Positions 55,113-59,577 of a DNA stretch of 59,577 nt are shown in pieces. Source of the stretch: an uncultured Rikenellaceae bacterium (GTDB lineage: Bacteria; Bacteroidota; Bacteroidia; Bacteroidales; VadinHA17); contig CAZBQM010000005.1 of NCBI GenBank assembly GCA_964494045.1, positions 1 to 59,577 on the forward strand. The letters are read 5' to 3'. Made by a program: the position numbers and the translations under genes. Numbering within the stretch: position 1 is the first letter of the stretch; the number at the start of each line of letters is the position of its first letter. The notes beneath the pieces were generated by a model. The model was not told where the DNA came from and searched no databases. It saw nothing but the letters and a program-made list of their open reading frames with translations.

Positions 55113-55325
55113 TCAAGGAATGTTCCGAAGCAAAACTAAGATATTCTGAAATAAATTAATTAAAAAGTCCGATTTTTATTAATTAAGGGATTTTAAGGTT
55201 TTTCTGAATGGTCCGATTTTTGTTTTGCTGTGATGCAACCAAAACGGTATAAAAGCAGTTTAATAATTATTGATTATATTTCGGCGGAAATTAGTCGTGT
55301 ATTTTCATCAAATAAATCTGTTGAT

Positions 55326-56417
55326 ATGAAAAAAATAGCATTTGTATTATTGTTAATGGCATCCGGAGTTATCGCCATGTCTCAGCCTGTGATGAAGCTT
55401 TCGGAGACAGATCATGACTTTGGTACTTTCAAGGAGGAAGGTGGCAGGCAGAAATTTGATTTTGTGGTAATGAATACCGGGAACCAACCCCTGGTGATAA
55501 AGAATATTGTAGCATCGTGCGGCTGTACGACACCTGAGTGGACCAAGAGTCCGATAGCTCCCAACGGGACAGGCAAAATCACTGCAATTTATGACCCGGT
55601 CAACCGTCCCGGGGCCTTCAACAAGACTCTTTCGGTTTACACCAATTCAAAACCTGAACTTACCGTACTGGTGATTAAGGGAGATGTGATACCCAGGGAA
55701 AAGACTGTTGAGGAAGTGTATGGATTTCCTGTCGGAAACGTGAGGTTCGAAAGCAATCATCTTGCCTTTACCAATATTAAGAAAACAGAGAAGAAGATAA
55801 GGGTAATGCCGATTATCAATAACAGTGATTCACCGGCTAAAATTGAATTTGAAAGGGTTCCCGAATACCTCTCGATCAAGGCTGAACCTGAAACTCTCAA
55901 GCCTGGCCAGAAAGGAATCATCCAGGGTACCTTTGATGCTACCAAAAATAGCGGCTGGGGCAACCTCAGTGATCTCGTAAGGGTGAAGATCAACGGTGTA
56001 TCACAGGATAAGGAATATTTTTATGTTTCAGCAAACCTAGTTGAGGATTTCTCAAAACTTTCAAAGGAAGAAATGGCAAATGCTCCTGTATTTAAGGTTG
56101 CCTCTTCCAACGTTGACCTGGGCAAGATCCCGGGAGCTACAAAAAAGGATGTAGAGTTTGTATTCACCAATGAGGGGAAAAGTGATCTCGTGATAAGACA
56201 TATCAGATCCACATGCGGTTGTACCGCCATCCAGGAGGGAACCCAGGGCGTCGGCATAAAACCCGGCCAGAAGAGTTCAATAAAAGCTACCTTCAACTCA
56301 GGTAGTTACAAGGGGAAGGTTACAAAAGCCATTTACGTTTACACGAACGATCCCCAAAACTCAGAGGTGGTTCTTATGCTTAATGCCGATGTGGAGCAGA
56401 ATACAGCTTCGAACTGA
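55326..56417 (+). CDS. DUF1573 multi-domain (Ig-like) exported protein
   Basis: Signal peptide; N.G..PL.I...SCGCT and N.G..DL.I...TCGCT repeats, F.K.L.VY.N. Start moved to 55326. Confidence 0.85.
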   Translation: MKKIAFVLLLMASGVIAMSQPVMKLSETDHDFGTFKEEGGRQKFDFVVMNTGNQPLVIKNIVASCGCTTPEWTKSPIAPNGTGKITAIYDPVNRPGAFNKTLSVYTNSKPELTVLVIKGDVIPREKTVEEVYGFPVGNVRFESNHLAFTNIKKTEKKIRVMPIINNSDSPAKIEFERVPEYLSIKAEPETLKPGQKGIIQGTFDATKNSGWGNLSDLVRVKINGVSQDKEYFYVSANLVEDFSKLSKEEMANAPVFKVASSNVDLGKIPGATKKDVEFVFTNEGKSDLVIRHIRSTCGCTAIQEGTQGVGIKPGQKSSIKATFNSGSYKGKVTKAIYVYTNDPQNSEVVLMLNADVEQNTASN

Positions 56418-56449
56418 ACCAACTGACTGACTTGATTTATTAAATTTAT

Positions 56450-56476
56450 AGGGTACCGGTATCTGGTACCCTTTTC
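56450..56476 (+). terminator. probable intrinsic terminator after the DUF1573 gene
   Basis: AGGGTACC-N7-GGTACCCT followed by a T tract. Confidence 0.55.
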
Positions 56477-56477
56477 T

Positions 56478-56485
56478 TATTTTTG
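56478..56485 (+). promoter_or_regulatory. -7 promoter element for meaB
   Basis: TATTTTTG. Confidence 0.55.
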
Positions 56486-56502
56486 CAGGATGATATCCAG
56501 GA

Positions 56503-57591
56503 ATGGAAAAAGATAAAGAGTCAGGCACCTCGCCCGGGGTAAGAGAAGGAATACAACATCCCCCGGCTGTTAATCCGGAACTTTTCGCCAGCAAGGGCAG
56601 AAAGAAAAAAAGGCTTTTTTCAGCCGACAGATATGTTGAAGGCATATTATCGGGTAACAGAACCATTCTGAGTGAGGCCATCACCCTGGTTGAGAGTTCC
56701 CTGCCTGAACATGAAGCCGTGGCCCTGGAGATCATCGGGAAATGTCTGCCCCACAGCGGAAGATCGGTGAGGATAGGGATAACCGGCATTCCCGGTGCAG
56801 GCAAAAGCACATTTATTGAGACCTTCGGACTTCATCTTACCCGTTCAGGAAAAAAACTTGCCGTTCTGACCATCGATCCCAGTAGCCGGAATTCGGGAGG
56901 AAGCATCCTTGGTGACAAGACAAGGATGGAGAAACTGAGCACTGACCCAAACGCATTTATCAGACCTTCTCCATCAGCAGGTGCTTCGGGAGGAGTCGCT
57001 GCCAGGACCGGGGAAAGCATCCTGCTGTGTGAAGCGGCCGGTTTTGATACCATAATAGTTGAAACAGTGGGTGTCGGGCAGTCAGAAACAACGGTCAGGT
57101 CAATGGTCGATTTTTTCCTTTTACTGATGCTGGCGGGTACAGGCGATGAACTTCAGGGGATAAAAAGGGGTGTCATGGAGATGGCTGATGCAGTGGCTGT
57201 TAATAAAGCTGATGGGGATAATGTACAGAAAGCAGAATTAGCAAAACACTCAATTCAGAATGCCCTGAACCTGTTTCCTGTACTGCGACCGGGGTGGAAC
57301 CCGCGGGCGCTTACCTGCTCAGCCCTTGAAGACAGAGGTATGGATGAATTAATCGGTACAATAGGTGATTTTGTGGCTGTTACAAAGAAAAACGGCTATT
57401 TTGATGAACAAAGGAAGGAACAGGATGTTATCAGGATGCATGAAACAATTTCTGAGGCTTTGATAGGCTCTTTCTACCGGAATGAAAAGATAAGGGAGAT
57501 GATGAGCCGGCTCGAGGATCAGCTCAGGAATGGCGAAACTACTCCCTTCAAAGCCGCTATGAATCTGATCGGTGTGTATTTCGACAGATGA
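56503..57591 (+). CDS. meaB: methylmalonyl-CoA mutase-associated GTPase
   Basis: GIPGAGKST, IDPSS..SGGSILGDKTRM, ETVGVGQSE, GDELQGIKRG, NKAD. Confidence 0.94.
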   Translation: MEKDKESGTSPGVREGIQHPPAVNPELFASKGRKKKRLFSADRYVEGILSGNRTILSEAITLVESSLPEHEAVALEIIGKCLPHSGRSVRIGITGIPGAGKSTFIETFGLHLTRSGKKLAVLTIDPSSRNSGGSILGDKTRMEKLSTDPNAFIRPSPSAGASGGVAARTGESILLCEAAGFDTIIVETVGVGQSETTVRSMVDFFLLLMLAGTGDELQGIKRGVMEMADAVAVNKADGDNVQKAELAKHSIQNALNLFPVLRPGWNPRALTCSALEDRGMDELIGTIGDFVAVTKKNGYFDEQRKEQDVIRMHETISEALIGSFYRNEKIREMMSRLEDQLRNGETTPFKAAMNLIGVYFDR

Positions 57592-57659
57592 CCTTATTGT
57601 CTTTAATTTAATAATTGTTTATATTTTTCAGGTTTCACTATTAATGTAAAATACCAAAA

Positions 57660-58763
57660 ATGAAAAAGATCCTTTTATTTCTTATCACAGCCCTGCTGAT
57701 TTTATCATGTTCAACCGAACCCCGGTACAGGATAACCGGTAATATTGACGGAGCCGACAGTATTACCTTCCTCCTGCAGAAAAGGGAAGAAGGCAAAATA
57801 GTAACAATCGATTCTGCATTTGCAGTCAAAGGTTCATTTAAAATGCAGGGTGGATCTGTAAATTATCCCGAGATGGTTCTCCTTACGGCAAAGGAATCAA
57901 GGCTCAGGACGACCTTTTACCTTGAAAACTCTGATATCTCGATAAACGGATCTGTTGATTCACTCGAAAACATAAGTATCACTGGCTCAAAGACACAGGA
58001 TGAATTCAAAGCCTTCGACGATTCGGAAAGTGGCCTGAACGAAAGATATGACAGACTTTATGCTGAGTATCAGTCAGCCAGCCAGCGTGGTGACACGGCA
58101 AGTATGGCAAGACTTGAAAAAGACGCTGAACTTCTTCAGAAGGAGCTTGTTGAGATAGAAAAGAGCTTTGTAAGAAATAATCCTTCTTCCTTTGTTGCTC
58201 CCTCTGTTCTGTCGGGCCTCAGCTATGAACTTGAGCCTGAGGAGATAGAGTCGTTTATAAACGCAATGGATACGACAGTAACCAATATCCCGGTAATGAA
58301 AGAGCTTAAGGAGAAGGTTGAGCTGATGAAAACCGTGTCGGTCGGACAGAAAGCTCCTGATTTTACCCTTAACAATCCTGAAGGCAACCCGGTTTCCCTT
58401 TCTTCAAAGATAGGTTCAAAGCTGCTTCTGATCGATTTCTGGGCTGGCTGGTGCGGACCATGCCGACAGGAGAACCCGAATGTGGTTAAAGTCTATAATG
58501 AATTCAACAAGAAAGGTTTTGATGTGTTCGGGGTTTCTCTCGACAGAACCCGTGAAGAGTGGCTGAAAGCCATCGCTGACGATAAACTCACCTGGACTCA
58601 TGTGTCGGATCTCCAGTACTGGAACAACACTGCTGCAAAACTATATGCGGTGAATGCAATTCCTGCCAACTTCCTTCTTGATGAGAACGGTGTTATTATA
58701 GCAAGAAACCTCCGGGGTGAAGATCTTTATAAAAAGGTCAGGGAGGTACTGGGCAACCAGTAA
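57660..58763 (+). CDS. TlpA/ResA-like disulfide reductase lipoprotein (DUF4369 + AhpC/TSA)
   Basis: Lipobox ILSC; APDFTL, DFWAGWCGPCRQENP, GVSLD, VSDLQYW, IPANFLLD..G.I. Confidence 0.9.
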   Translation: MKKILLFLITALLILSCSTEPRYRITGNIDGADSITFLLQKREEGKIVTIDSAFAVKGSFKMQGGSVNYPEMVLLTAKESRLRTTFYLENSDISINGSVDSLENISITGSKTQDEFKAFDDSESGLNERYDRLYAEYQSASQRGDTASMARLEKDAELLQKELVEIEKSFVRNNPSSFVAPSVLSGLSYELEPEEIESFINAMDTTVTNIPVMKELKEKVELMKTVSVGQKAPDFTLNNPEGNPVSLSSKIGSKLLLIDFWAGWCGPCRQENPNVVKVYNEFNKKGFDVFGVSLDRTREEWLKAIADDKLTWTHVSDLQYWNNTAAKLYAVNAIPANFLLDENGVIIARNLRGEDLYKKVREVLGNQ

Positions 58764-58812
58764 TTACCTTCCGGTCTGCTTAAATGAAATACCTGCACAC
58801 GAATCATGAATT

Positions 58813-59514
58813 TCAATCTTCATATTCAGATGCAGGTTTTTCATTTTTAAGCTCTTCAAGTATAAATCCTGTCCCTCTGACTGTGCGGATATCGATGTTC
58901 TTGTCCTCAGAGATGTATTTTCTTAACCTGCTTATGAATACATCCATGCTCCGCCCAAGGAAGTAATCATCTTCCCCCCATATCTCGGTCAGGATATCTT
59001 CGCGCGCAAGGATCTTGTTCCTGTTGATTATGAAGTATTTCAGCAGCTGGGCCTCTTTCAGGGTAAGCTTTTCCTTGCTGTTCCCTGAGATGAGTTCAAG
59101 GGTGTTGAACCTGAGAGTTGTGTCGGAGATCCTGTATTCATCATTGACAGAGGAATATGCTCTTTTAAGGATGTTGTTGATTCTCAGTATCAGTACTTCA
59201 GGATCGAAGGGCTTTGTGATATAATCGTCAGCCCCGATCTTAAGTCCCCTGACAATGTCTTCTTTAAGACTTTTTGCAGTAAGAAAGATAACAGGCATCT
59301 CGGGTTTATCGTGCTTGATTTTTTCGGCCAGGGTAAAACCATCCATCTCCGGCATCATAACGTCGAGGACACAGATGTCGGGCTTGTTCCCTGAGTAGAT
59401 GTCCCAGGCCTCTTTCCCGTCGCGGGCAAGAACCACATCAAAACCGCTTATAGAAACATATTGCGACAGAATATTCCCGAAATCCCGGTCGTCTTCAGCT
59501 AAAAGAACTTTCAT
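58813..59514 (-). CDS. OmpR-family response regulator
   Basis: LLAEDD, LDVMMPEMDG, FLTAK, DYITKPF, winged-helix RSMDVFISRLRK, IRTVRGTGF. Confidence 0.93.
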   Translation of the reverse strand: MKVLLAEDDRDFGNILSQYVSISGFDVVLARDGKEAWDIYSGNKPDICVLDVMMPEMDGFTLAEKIKHDKPEMPVIFLTAKSLKEDIVRGLKIGADDYITKPFDPEVLILRINNILKRAYSSVNDEYRISDTTLRFNTLELISGNSKEKLTLKEAQLLKYFIINRNKILAREDILTEIWGEDDYFLGRSMDVFISRLRKYISEDKNIDIRTVRGTGFILEELKNEKPASEYED

Positions 59515-59518
59515 AATG

Positions 59519-59577
59519 TCAATGTTTGAGAGGTATACTTATTGTAAATATACTACCTTTTCCCGGTTTACTGCTAA
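59519..59577 (-). CDS. 3' end of a sensor histidine kinase (partial, runs off the window)
   Basis: Manual translation ...SSKPGKGSIFTISIPLKH-stop, an HATPase_c G2-box tail, ending 4 nt before the response regulator ATG. Confidence 0.75.
   Translation of the reverse strand, partial: SSKPGKGSIFTISIPLKH

Noticed and set aside
14835-59224. Many 60-190 aa ORFs nested in or antisense to long genes (e.g. 18631-19155, 24029-24652, 32631-33200, 43788-44324)
   Set aside because: They overlap well-supported genes and show no motifs; treated as shadow ORFs.
1-59577. tRNA, rRNA or CRISPR array
   Set aside because: No cloverleaf, rRNA-like tract or repeat-spacer array seen; intergenic gaps are short and otherwise explained. 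tRNAscan and CRISPR finders were not run.

Overview
Bacteroidota (Bacteroidales-like) chromosomal window with two compositionally distinct parts. (1) About 1-14.4 kb is an AT-rich accessory region (spot counts 13/60 GC at 4201-4260 and 16/60 at 9601-9660, versus 37/60 at 16861-16920 and 31/60 at 35221-35280). It holds a tightly packed 13-gene minus-strand type II secretion/type IV filament operon: major pilin, short prepilin peptidase, GspE/PilB ATPase, secretin, PilMN-, PilO- and PilP-like proteins, a small lipoprotein, a MORN-repeat protein, three minor pilins and GspF/PilC, with no PilT. Beside it are a second secreted MORN protein and a Sec-exported YD/RHS-like protein whose 3' end seems interrupted by an IS66-like terminus at the window edge. 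(2) About 14.7-59.6 kb is mostly housekeeping: pcm, gcvP, ddl, lemA/TPM, rluD, T9SS cargo, PASTA protein, mqnE, rpmH, rsmG, ECF sigma, GT2, tgt, LptF/G, carboxyltransferase plus biotin carrier, ispE, dnaB, DUF5686, rsmI, tdk, murF-alr fusion, Crp/Fnr, nadE, PorT-like, gldB, ferredoxin, WD40-Omp85-like, DUF1573, meaB, TlpA and a two-component pair. Reading the sequence directly recovered three genes missing from the ORF track (rpmH, a 2[4Fe-4S] ferredoxin and the 3' end of a histidine kinase), an 18-unit heptamer tandem array, and several TAnnTTTG promoter motifs. No rRNA, tRNA or CRISPR array was seen. All family calls come from motif recognition by eye; no database search was run.
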